Below are positions 1 through 12,358 of a DNA stretch of 62,879 bases, in pieces. The stretch spans positions 1 to 62,879 of the forward strand of contig LVLI01000152.1 in assembly GCA_001687465.1 (NCBI GenBank), read 5' to 3'. Position 1 is the stretch's first letter. Every line of letters begins with the position of its first letter. The stretch comes from Halocafeteria seosinensis. Its lineage: Eukaryota. Both the position numbers and the translations under genes were made by a program. The notes under the pieces were generated by a model that worked only from the letters and a program-made list of their open reading frames with translations, searched no databases and was not told where the DNA came from.

Positions 1-1148
1 AACAGTTCATATTCTTCATTCTTTAACTCTTCAAAGCGTTCATTGCGGATCTGCTCCGATTGACAAAAGGGGCAAGGTGTATTACCAGTAACCAGACAGA
101 ACAGGGTGCATCCAAGTGACCATATATCCGCTTTTTCGCCCGAGTAATTCCCGTCTGGAATTTCAGGTGCCCTGAATAGGCGAGTTCCACATCTTGTTTG
201 TAGAGCTGACATCCCGAAAGAGGCGAAGCCGAAGTCTGCCAATAACACTGTCGATAAGTCATTTCCGACCAAGATATTATTGGGTTTAATGTCTCTATGG
301 GCAACCCCTTGTTCGTGGCAAAATAGGACGGCCTGGGCTATCTGCTTGAAGAAATACCTCGCAAAGGGCTCGTCAAATGGTCCCGAGTACTGCATAAACT
401 GCAAAATCTCTCCGTATTGCAAAAACTCCATAGGAATAGCTACAACGTTCTGTGTTCGATTCATGAAGGGTGGAACCAAAATAGTCAGCTACTCCCTGAT
501 TTACCATGTTGATATGCGTGTAGGATTTTCCACGTCACTTACATATTTCTCGTTCGGGTTTTTCTTTCTAGGAAATGGCTCGTTGACGAGAGGAATACCC
601 ATTCTCAAGATATAAGGATGATGGGGAAGTTCCCCCGCAATTTTTGCTTCTCGCGTAAGACGCTCGAGCTTCTGCAAACATACAGCATCCAATTTCTCAA
701 TACCGTAGAGTGGCATGGTACCAACCGTACCTGCTGGTTCCCGTCCAGTTTGATGATTTTCATTGCAATCAAGACATTGAGTTTAGAGTCGTACGCCGGA
801 TATACTTTACCTGTATGTCATATCTATCGGCGCGTAGATGGACTCCCGTGCCTTCATTCAGCTGACATACCTTGCCCTCCTCTCCCGATGCGATCCCCAC
901 TGCAGCCACATCCACACACCACACATACCCGAGCTCCATTCTTCCCACTGCGTGCATACACGCAAGACTTACATAGCGTAGCGTCCCGCGGGACCGAATA
1001 CCCTCGAACTGAAGCGGTGCGTAGGGAATACAGGACCTGCCGCTCCTCCTTGTGGCTGTGTATATCCCTCGGGGATACCTCCTGACGGCGTCGATCCGCC
1101 GTAGGGATCCGACGTTCCCGAGCGTGTGGTTTCATGGTACGACGCCAT
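1..1148 (-). CDS. Ser/Thr protein kinase (CAMK/SNF1-like), copy A; multi-exon, 3' end runs off the left edge
   Basis: Spliced reading from ATG 1148 (MASYHETT...RVFGPAGRYA), Gly-loop RIGRGGQG, then HRDIKPNNIL, DFG and APE motifs; paralogous to 1662-3429. Confidence 0.88.
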
Positions 1149-1661
1149 CTCAAAGGCGGCAGTCCCGTATACATCAGGATCTTTTCATTGCGCTGAACAA
1201 CAATAATCAAAAGTGAAGGGGTAGTATGGTAGCATTGAAGTGTCTGGCGAGCAGAAATTTCTCAACTCAAGCTGTGTAGCAGCAGCTAACTCGTGGCTAT
1301 ATTATACATACCCAATACGAGTGGGCATTCGGCGGTGATTTATTCACTACTTCTTTGTGTTGTCATTAAATACGAAGGTGACCGCTGAAGCCTCGTGGTG
1401 CGGGGAACTAGAGTTCCACTGCCAGGATTCCACTCTTTCGAAGTGATTTCGCAAACTGTGGTCACTCACAAACACCAACCGCACAGGCAAGTTTGTTCTA
1501 CGATATACCTTCTAATTATCTTAATTATGGTTTTCGCGAACATTTTGATCTTAAAAGCAACCAACAGCATCCTCATCAATTCCTTCCATGTTTTATGGCC
1601 GGAAGTGAAAGCGGTGCACGCCATCGGAGAGTAGAAGCAGAGATCTGAGCTTTCGTGTGAT

Positions 1662-3429
1662 TTATACCTCAATGGGGGGTTCTTTCTTATTCCTCTCATC
1701 GAGGAATTTTTCGAATTTGGCATATAAGTCGTAAAACACCACTGCTTCTCCAGCACCTCTCTCAACTGCTAGCGAGCTGGTGTCCTTATGGACCTTCACT
1801 ATAAACTCGACGTCGCGGATGATCTCTTTGAATTTGACCTGATTACCTTTCACTGTCTTCTTTGGTTCCGTATGCATACTTCGGAACCACTCTAGCACAG
1901 TGGTTTCCACATCTCCTGTCAAATTGGGTTTGCACAACAACGAAGACTTCAAAGGAGCATTCCCCGTCTTGTCCTTGATGTTGACGGCATCGAGTTGATC
2001 AGTAAGCTCCTTATCGTTTGAGCTCGCTGCCAGCAGACCACGGTGTACAGTTTCTGGATGAGCCATTTGTTTAGCTTTTGATTGCGCTCGTTCCTTGACT
2101 TGCACAATACTTTCTAGTCTCCTTGCCATATGCTCTCGGACGTACTCAGGAGTAGGATCTCCGTATGTCGTCAACCATTCACATTCTGCAATTTCTTTCA
2201 TGCTGTAACGCTTTGCCGGATCCACTTTGAGCATATTTTCTATCAAATCCTGGAAGTAGGTCGTCACAGTGGTGTACTGACTGTGCCATTCCCAAAACAG
2301 TTCATATTCTTCATTCTTTAACTCTTCAAAGCGTTCATTGCGGATCTGCTCCGATTGATCAAAGGGGCAAGGTGTATTACCAGTGACCAGAAAGAACAGG
2401 GTGCATCCAAGTGACCATATATCCGCTTTTTCGCCCGAGTAATTCCCGTCTGGAATTTCAGGTGCCCTGAATAGGCGAGTTCCACATCTTGTTTGTAGAG
2501 CTGACATCCCGAAAGAGGCGAAGCCGAAGTCTGCCAATAACACTGTCGATAAGTCATTTCCGACCAAGATATTATTGGGTTTAATGTCTCTATGAGCAAC
2601 CCCTTCCTTGTGGCAAACTATGACCGCTTCAACTAACTGCCTGAAGAAATACCTCGCAAACGGCTCATCAAATGGTCCCGAGTACTGCATGAACTGCAAG
2701 ATCTCTCCGTATTGCAAAAACTCCATAGGAATAGCTACAACGTTCTGCGTTCGATTCATGAAGAGAAGGAGAACAATAGCCAGTCACTTGCTGTTTTTGA
2801 GTGTTGGTGTGGATATATGGTTCTGGTTGCCCACGGCACTCACATAAGTCTCTGTCGGATAGTTCTTCCTAGGAAATGGCACATCGATCAGAGGGGTACC
2901 CATCGACACGATATGGGGGTGATGAGGGATTTTCATTGCAATCATTACTTCTTGTCTGAGATGCTCCATCCTCTGTAAACGCGCAACACTCAATGAAGCA
3001 ATGGTGTACAATATATTACACCCACCGTGGTAGTCTGCAGACACATACCTGGGCCGATCCCTCGATACCATCTACGCGGATAATTTTCATCGCGATGGCC
3101 TCATTTCTTTGGGAATCAGTTGCCGCGTATACTTTGCCTGTGTCATTTCAAAATGTAAGGGGAGTCTTCTCCCCTTTTTTGGATTCCATTCCACATACCC
3201 TGTGCTCCTTGACCAATCCGACGTCCGCTGCACCATTCGCGTCTGGTTGGTGTGCGTATAAGTACGAGCAGAAAGAAAGCCCCACTTACATCTCATATTG
3301 TCGTCCACTGGGACCAATCACCCTCACACCATCTCGCCTTCGCTGCTGAGCAGCGACTTCCACTGGCCTGAAGTCGTCTCCTTGTTCATCTGAGGTCCCC
3401 AAGAGCTCTACATCTCCGCACGACGCCAT
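1662..3429 (-). CDS. Ser/Thr protein kinase (CAMK/SNF1-like), copy B; complete, multi-exon
   Basis: ORF 1662-2759 has HRDIKPNNIL, DFG, CGTRLFRAPE and DIWSLG; upstream exons give RIGQGAQG and AMKI; start MASCGDV at 3429; GT-AG introns. Confidence 0.92.
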
Positions 3430-4008
3430 TTCACCCTCGCACCGCTGTATAAAACGTTCACTTCCGGCATTGGACAACAATACTCACACGTGGGAAGTGA
3501 AATGAACTAGGTATCGCTGGGCCAAGGGCTTGTGAAGCGCGCCGCACAGCTCGAAGAGAAATTTCTCCAATGGCATCCGACGGTATGGGTGTGTATAGAG
3601 TGCATACATGCATATGCAGTGGTCTTGCATTTATTTCGTTGCATGTCATTAACCAAGAGGGGTTCTAAGAGAGAAACAATGGGCATACATGTATGAACTG
3701 GAATTCCAGCCTCATGGGAAGCCAGGATGAAGAGACTACTACCGTTTTGGTGTCTCACGGTTTAGTGAAGACATACGATGTACAGTTGACGCGTGCTCTC
3801 AAGTATTTACTGAGAAAAAGCCTGCCTACGGAGACCTACGCAAACATCGAACACAGGCATCACCTCCAGAGATACCAACGACAAAACATGGAAGAATGAA
3901 CAATACAAGCAAGATAACTATTGCGGTATGTTAATGCTTGTCCATGATCCAAGAGCGTAGAAAGTGCGGAGTCAATACAGCATCTAGGTAGGAAGACGAA
4001 GCGCAACA

Positions 4009-7000
4009 CTATTCATACATCATTTTTCCAATCATGACTGCAAGCCATTGGGCTGCTTTCTCATTTTCGCAGTATTGGAGATGTGCCTCTCGTCCCAACA
4101 CTGAATTCATAGACACACGGTTAGATAATTCAAACGAAGCGACAAATCGGCACACACGACGCATATCTACACCGTGCCAGAAGCCTTCAAGCATACGGGC
4201 AATATTTTCGCATCGACCGGGGCTTCCGATACTAAGCTCGGGAAGGCACGCCAGGCAACTGTAAAACGGTGAATACTTGTCTTGTTCTGAGCCGACGAGC
4301 CATACGTGCTCAAAATGTCGAAGCAGGCAACCCTCAGACCCGTTCCAATACCCTTCTTTCTTAAGGGCTTCCATGCAGTTACTCTCTGCGTCTGGAGTAA
4401 TTACTTTCCTGTCGCCACTATGCAAGTTAAACGGATTCAAGAACGAAGTTTGGTCCTCCTCTAGCGGTGGAGGCGGCGAACCATTAGTCTTTTGACCACT
4501 TGCCGAGATGGACGAAGACGATGACGTCTGGCTCCTCGCTGATGGGGATACAAGTCTCCCAGTGGACTTTCTTATCTTCCACTCTGGTTGAGCTTGAGCC
4601 GGGTAGGAGTTATCCGACACAGAATCATCTATAACTTCTTCCTCCTCTTCGCTACTTTCATCATCACTAAACGCTTCAGGTGCCGTGGACGACAATCGAG
4701 AAAGAACATTCAAATATACGTTATCTACCTGGACTTGACTGTTGCTACTCTTTCCGGGCGGGCGCTGATGCCTCGGTAGCTTCCCTCTCGTTTTGCTTTT
4801 CTTTTTTCTGGCACTTCTTGAGCGAACATACGTGCCGAGAAAGTGTAGTGCATCATCCCACATATGCGGATGTCCTGCAACAGTATTATATTTCAAGTAC
4901 TGGATGCACATGTGGACGACACCTAGCACTAGCTGTTCGTGGTGATCATGGTATACAATGGCTTCCTCGTCGTTGTCTTCACTCAAGCTGTGTTTCGCCC
5001 ACCCTCTTGTTTCTCGTTCTTCTTCCATCATGCGGCTGATTGCATCTTGCATTATGTTGATGTTGTCAGCAACACGCGGAGAAATACTAGCCTTGATTGA
5101 AGAGCTCCAACCGACACACATGGCATAAAGTAATGAGTTGCTTATACGATTATCATCCTGTAAAGACAACTCATCCATGACTTTACTTCTTCCCAGTTTT
5201 CTCATCAAATATACTCCAGTATCGAACAATGCAGATGTATCATGAGTCACACCCAAATGCGGGCTAGCAATAGTGACTAGCGAATGAAAATGAGACACAT
5301 ATTGCATCAACGCTGGATGTCGAAGCCCGAGACGTACAATCAAACCCCTGGATCACAGTAGAAGGAAGCTTCGTAAATAAGATGCTCCAAGCAATACCAT
5401 AAAGCGAACACGTACCCTAAACTAAAACCAACGAAACACAAACGTCTGAGGTTGTATCCTTGATCAACAACGCGTGAGCAGATGAATTCATCTACTTCCT
5501 TTGCAAAGCGCACAGAAGTTGTCAGTAGTGATTCTGATGAAGCATCTCCCTGGTTGCTCTTTGGAGAACAAGTTAGTAGCCGAACGGGTGGAAACTCTGC
5601 TTCCAACGCCGCTTGGTACTCTGAGGGTGAGCGATACTGCCCGACACTAGTGAATCCACCCTGCTCGAATTTTACCCCACTTGCGTGAGTGCCGAAGAAA
5701 GCTCGTGATGAAGTGCCCGCTGGGGCAAAATGTGCACTTTTATGCCCGTACATATAATATGCTTTGATAAACGCTCGCAAAATTCGCAAATCTGTTACGC
5801 TTCCTTGAAGTCCGTGCTGGAATACTATCACGTCCACAAGGTTCTCGGTTCCCTTGTACGAACAGTGCCTTTCGCTTTCAGGTAGGTCGGAATTATAATA
5901 AGGATCCTCGTCTGTCTCGTTCGGGTCTCCTAGAGGGGGCTCTTCGTAATGGTGGAAGTTGCACAACCATTTAGGGGCAATATCCTCCTCGTCCGGTGCT
6001 ACAACGTTGCAATCGATATAGCTTCCTTCTTTCTTAAAATACGGGGAGGTTTGTTCATCATTCTCTAGACATCCCAGATCCCATTCTCGTGCACTATAGC
6101 TTATAGGATTGCGTCTGTCCGCAACCTTACTGGTACTATCAGGCCCCCACAGGGACACACCAAGCGGGACAACATGAGATGGATCAGTCTCAGTTGGGGT
6201 TATTGATGGCAACAGGTAACTTTGCATTTGGAGACCCTCAGTTGCAACTTTCCTCGCATCCGCTCGTCGCATGCGATCAGAGTACCCATTCTGCAGAGAA
6301 TTTCTAACAAGAACTAAAGCAGATCGGCTAAGATTCTTCTGGGACTTGTCAAGTTTGTCAGACTGGTATAAGGCAGCCAACTTGAGAACCGTTTGGAGCA
6401 TATATGCCGCTGCCAACGATGTTTCATGTTGCAGGGGGCCACCAAAAGGGGGATCAAAGCCTTCGCTATATTCGAATTCGCAAAGTAGTGTTCGGGTATC
6501 GCGGTTTTTCTGTGGGGTGCAGCGACAGAGCAGACGCTTCAAGCGTTCGTTGACAACTTCCATGGGAGTCGCTGAATCCCGAAATTCAGTTACGTACACA
6601 CTCGGCGGGGGAACGTGCCCAACCCATTGGTTCGACTTCTTAGCATGGCCACATAATCTCTTCTTCAAAGAGCGCCACCAAATGGACGTTAAAATAGGTA
6701 GAAAGCATCTGCCAACTTTCGGCACCAGCTGAACTAGCTCTATCCACACGTCAAAAATGTGGTTGGCCAAATGGTGAACTTCGGCAGATAGCGCCCGTAG
6801 AATGCTGCGTCGAGTAACTAAAGTGTTTGAGCAACGTCTTGAAAAACTTCGGATTCTACCCGGCGTAGAGGGATACACGCCGAAGCCATCATGAAGGGTA
6901 AGAGGGCTGTGACAACAAGTTGGTTGGAACGCCGGCTGTAGGGCTTCATCCTTCACTTCGTTTCCTGAAGGGCCGTACCAACTTTGAGGGATGCTCTCCA

Positions 7001-8756
7001 TCATGTCCTTGCGAAAGCTAGATGACACATGTGTGAAGTTGGAAAGCGAATTAGCCGGATATCGGTGAAAGAGGTAGTGGATGGCCATCAGGACCTCTTC
7101 CGTTAGGTCCTTTTGATTAGGTTTCCGCATATGCCTCGCCTTGCGGTACATTTCAGCGAGCTTGTGGATCACCTTCAACTCCACTAGTTGATGAAACAAT
7201 GGTCCAACAAACCGGTTGTGTAGATCATTAAGAATGTCCCCATGTTGCTGGGGAAACAGATTGATAGAATCACAAGGATGATCGCCTGACGGCTCCGTTA
7301 AAATGGGACTCTTGATATTTGTCAGCGCCGCATGCGCTACACAGGTGACAGAGCACAAGTAATTCATTCCGAACAGAAGAGGGACCGCTTGATGCCACGA
7401 ACCAGCACCAGACGCCAAACCAGCCACTTGTATGATTCGAGTAGAAACAAGTGAAAACCGGGACTTCCGAATTATCTTAAAGTCGCCGTCTGGATGTAAG
7501 TATTCCTGCCGAACCTCCGATGCGGTTGTTGTTTTCGCCTCGTCTTCTCTCACGTTTTGCGCTTCGGCATCTGCGTATAACAGTCGAAGGACTATTTCGA
7601 CAGGCTGCAACCTCAGTCGCCACAACGGTGCATCCACTCTAAATGTTGCCCCCTCGTTCAATAAGAAGCTTTCATCATTGTACCTGCAGAGGGTAAAAAT
7701 TTATATCGGTCATGTGATAGCTCTTCAAGGCTGCGATCACGACGCTTACCTAATATGTACTATGCGACTTCTGTACCTAGTTCCGTCATTCATGATTCTT
7801 CCATCGGGAGCGATTACATCAGAGTTCGCAATCTGTGACAATTGTACAAGGACCAGGGAGGACATCCAAGCTCAGTATCCGTATAGCAGCATATCAACGC
7901 AACGTACCAGACCACTCCCGGGAGCTACCGACATGCACCTGTGGGGCGCACTGAAACTCGAGTAGCACGTGCCCTCGATAGCCGGAAGACTAGTGTTGCT
8001 CTGTCTAATTTCGGCAGATGGTCCCAGCCCAAGGTAGGGGTAGAACTCGTCGTCGACCCCGATAGCGATGGTCGACCCAAGCTGACTCGCAGCTGCCGGA
8101 AACCGACGGGAGAATACATGCTTATCATCCTCCTTCCCTTTCACCGTCGCATTACTTCTATTTGATGCTGAGTCCTCCACTTTGGCTGGTGGGCTGCGTT
8201 GAGGAGCTTTGTGAGGAGGGTAAGGAGTAATTGAAGGTGGAGTCGCAGGAGCGCGAACTTCAGCGGAGAGCGTTCTCTCTCGTTGACTACCATTCTGTGC
8301 ATCCTTTCTACTGGCGTCTCCGGTGGCAGCGATAGGTTTGAGCGACGACTCGACTCCTTGACTAGCTGTGCTGGAGTTGCGTTCGCCCGACGGAACTGCG
8401 CCAGACCATGCCTGAACGGATCGAGACCTCTGACGGCGGTAGGGGGCCTCCTCTCCTCGAGATGAGTTTGGATCAGCTTGTCCTTCATGCCGAGGCGTAA
8501 AACCTCCTCTTGCCGCGGAAGAGGAGGACTTTGATGATGAAGAGTGCCGAGTTGAGGCTCTTGGAGCTTCACGAAAGTAGTTCGCATTCTGTTCGGCCGT
8601 CCATTGTGGGAGTCTGACAGTCACCTCGACCCGATAGAGACCTTTCTTGAGCAGTTCTAGATTGAAAAACTCATCCAAATGAACTAAAACTTCGGCTGTT
8701 CCCCATGTGCAACCAGTTTCGGCCTCGAATTGTGAAGAAGCCCGGGAAGCAGCCAT
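4009..8756 (-). CDS. FAM135/DUF676-family putative serine lipase/esterase, multi-exon
   Basis: N-terminal EVLVHLDEFFNLELLKKGLYRV (FAM135-like); VIVFQHGLQGSVTDL; nucleophile elbow CFVGFSLG spliced to GLIVR; TIASPHLG; GSEQDKYSP; LGREAH. Confidence 0.88.
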
Positions 8757-9833
8757 TCCTTTCCTCCTGTTTCGAGCACCTTCACTTGACCATACCTAGT
8801 GATTGGAGTTCGAACAAGTGGTATTTAGTGTATATTTCACAATCCATCCGGTAAATAAGGTTTAGAACCGTGAATAAGCATCATAAAAACTGTTTTCCTT
8901 TTGTTTCTTCAAAAAGTATCAGAAATGATTGTCCGGTTGGAAATCTCCAGATTCTTTACTTGTTCGCAAGTTGCGCAATTGCGAACCTGGCCCCGGAAAT
9001 CACCACATGGAGCGCTGGTAGTTTCATAAAATTAAGACGCAAAAAATCCTAAATAGAGCGGCAGAAATTTTTTATCCCGAGCACGCTTGAATGGATCATC
9101 CCATAAACGGTGATTCCCCAAGCGATTCCTATGTTCAGCGCCAGCTAAGCGAACAGCGAATCCTGTCTGTCTTCCTACTCACAACAGCTACCCATATGGG
9201 AAGAGTAGAAATAGAGGAGATGGGGCTGCGTAGAGTTTTATTGTTCCAATACTTTCGTTCTCTTTGAGCCGACACAAATCTGGTGCGCTATAAACGAGCT
9301 AGTAGTGTATTATTTAACAGTGTGTGCCGCTGATAGGTTTGACCGATCCCCTTATACAATTGCTATCTTTTCTTTGCTCCATGCAACGCACACGTAAATG
9401 CAGCTCCAGAAGTTGCTTAGAAAACTTATGACGACAGATTCGGTCGAAATGCTACAAGCAATAACCCTCATGAAGATTAGACTTCTTCCGTTGGGCGCAA
9501 TAGTAATACAAGTAAACATTGCTGGCCCCTATGGTTCTCTCAACGACTCTTCTTCGAAGCTTTACTCGGGAATAAGCCATTAGTTCGGGTATTCAGTTGG
9601 CTACCTTGCTCATTCAACCGCCGCTTATACGTACGCGTCTCAGAGACTCATACACACGTGCCACACATCTCGTTTCCATAGACTCTTGCACAGCGGTCTC
9701 GACACTGTTCCGAGACATCATGGACTAAGTGGTCTCCAGCTGGTTGGAACAGCAGTAGCTAAGGCATTATATCAATTACCATAGACGTATGGCTTATGGC
9801 CCACCGGCAGATGCTGATTGGTTTCAGCATGTT

Positions 9834-11608
9834 TCAGCGACGTTTCCCTTTCCAATGTTTAATTGATATTAGTGTCTGTTCGTATGAGTTCTTCGGTAAA
9901 GGCGCTCTAGATAGTTTAGACGGAAAAGAGGGCCGATCATTATCCCAATAAGTTAGATACGGAGACTTCACCCTAGAAGAGCTAGTAATCGGAGAAACGC
10001 TGCCGAGGGTTCTTTGGTCATTTTGTTTGTACCTTTCTAACAAAGAATCGGCTACGCTTTTCCCACTCATGTTCGAACTTGCGGAGGAGTCGGCTTCGGG
10101 ATTAAAAGCAGTACTCGGACGTTCTTCGTACTCATCCCTTTCATCTAAATTGGGAACGGGGTACTGTTCATTGAGAACTTGACTAAGACTAGGCCAATGC
10201 TCTTTGCCCTCTCCAATTGGGCTTAATGGGTTGTTGTAGTAGTGCTGGAATTCATAGGATCGCTTGGCCTTGGGCCATTTTTCGGTCCTTTTCACAACAG
10301 ATGGAGCACGCCCAGTTGTTCCGCAAGCGCCCCTCCCATTTCTTATTGGTGTATGATAACGATGTAATTTTGTAGATAAGGTTTCTACATATTCCTCTGA
10401 GCATTCTGGAATACACCGAATACGCGTTCAACTCCATGTAGTCAACGATGATTAAGAAAGTCCCACTTACCAACCGCAGTCGGGCTTCCACTATTGGAAG
10501 CAGAAGCAGTCGGATTATTTGCCCTGGAGTTACCACGACTTCGAAGCATGGTTCGTCGAAGCTCTTTCCTATCATTCATTTTTCTGGAAACGAAATTATC
10601 CATGGCTTTAGCAGCAGACAATACCTTAGGGGCAGTCTGCCTTTGCGCGGTCATTGCTCGGTAGCCGCTAGGATCTATCGGGATATTGCCACTTGTCGAT
10701 GTCGACTGTAACGAAGGAAGCGTTACGCTGGGGCTACAGTTTCCCTCTGCAAAGTGTTCGTGCGAAGCATTTTGAACCATGGTTCTTGACACACTTGGAC
10801 ACTCCTCGGCAGGCCTTGTCGAATGCTGACTCTCACCCTCCAAAGAAAAAGTGACTGACAGGTTCGCTGTCGGCGATCCTCTACCTCTATCTTTGCTCTT
10901 GGATTGAATGCTCTCGGAGTTGACGAAAATAACTGACAGATTTGCTGCAGTAGCGTTACAATGCGAATCGAGAGACGGCTCTTCTTGATCGCTCTCTGTC
11001 TCCGGTGGCTCTTCTGCCTGTTGTTCTGCACGTGGTTCTGATTGATCATTGGTTTCCGATGCGATATTTGCGAAGGGAAAGTTATCTAACCAGGCGGTAT
11101 CCGCACTCTCACTAAACCCACTTTCATTTTGGGTTTTCAAATTAGATCGTTTGTGCTTTCTCCCCGGTACACTGACTTTCTCAGATTCAAACGGTGCTTT
11201 GAACGTGTCGTCCGAATTCATGCACCAGCTCTTTGGGATTCTGTTGTATTCCTTGATCGGTCTGCCTCCTAACCAAAGAGGTAAACCGGGACTTATTTGC
11301 ACTTTTCTGATAACCCTCAGTGTGTCCGATTTCCATTTCTCTGAAGCCTTCATGTAGTCTTCTTTCGAATCAGCGATCAGCTTCTTAATTTGCGCTGCAC
11401 TAAGTGGCCGGCGACGTGATCGTAGCTCTTCTACAACACGGACAGAAACAGTATTGTCGTACACCGCTTGTTTGGATGTATCTCGAATATACTCGGGAGA
11501 CTCCATTTGTGTGGAGAGATTCCACAATGACTGCGTGGCTGCGTAGATGGGGGACTGATTGCGTTTGCTGCTCCGCAAAGGAGAAGCAAAAGAGGCCTGG
11601 TCAGCCAT
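9834..11608 (-). CDS. Hypothetical Ser-rich, low-complexity protein (2 exons)
   Basis: ORFs 10442-11608 and 9834-10295 join through a GTAAGT...TTCCAG intron (about 10470-10406); no recognisable domain. Confidence 0.7.
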
Positions 11609-12358
11609 GGTACCAGTTGAGAGTTCTATAACGACTCTTTCAGGGATAAACTATCCTACTGTTTATGTTCTAATTTCGAGACAAAAGGCATGCCTCATGG
11701 CATCCGCTATCTAGTTTTACCATCAAGGGATTTACCGACTGTCCTACCAGTCTATGGTTGCCTACTCGCTCTCTAGGAAATGGCACCCATACAACCTGCT
11801 AATAATTACAACATGAGTTCGATCCGAGAATACGCTATTCAACACCTTTCTTGTGGAGCATGTGTTCATTGCGTATGGAACTCCGGCAAGACGAAAACTC
11901 CGGTCTCGTCCTGGCTGTGGGCGCCAAGTCGAACAAGGCTGGTTGATATACAGTGCCATGGTTTCTTGCAACTTTCATGTGTGTATTTTACTGTCCTACA
12001 TGGCTATGTGCCTGTACTAGTATATTGTGGTCACTTGCCCACATTTGGTCCAAGGTACCAAGCCAGTCTTTATCCCCCCACTGAGCCGAACGACAGCATC
12101 TTCGTGTCTAACACGTTCCATACGTGCATACATCAGGTGCCATTGATCATTTCTTCACTTCATTCTTCATTGCACTGATATACTACTGACCACATACTGA
12201 CCACAAAAGAAGCTGCGCACATCTGCGGTTATCCAAGTGAAACAATTGTTTGCTGTGTGTTCCCCCCAAGCGCAAGTTCCAGAAGATTTCAAGGGTTGTT
12301 ATACACCGCAACAGGGCACCCCGAGGTAGCAGGTGTAGTAAATTCCTAGAGTATAGAT

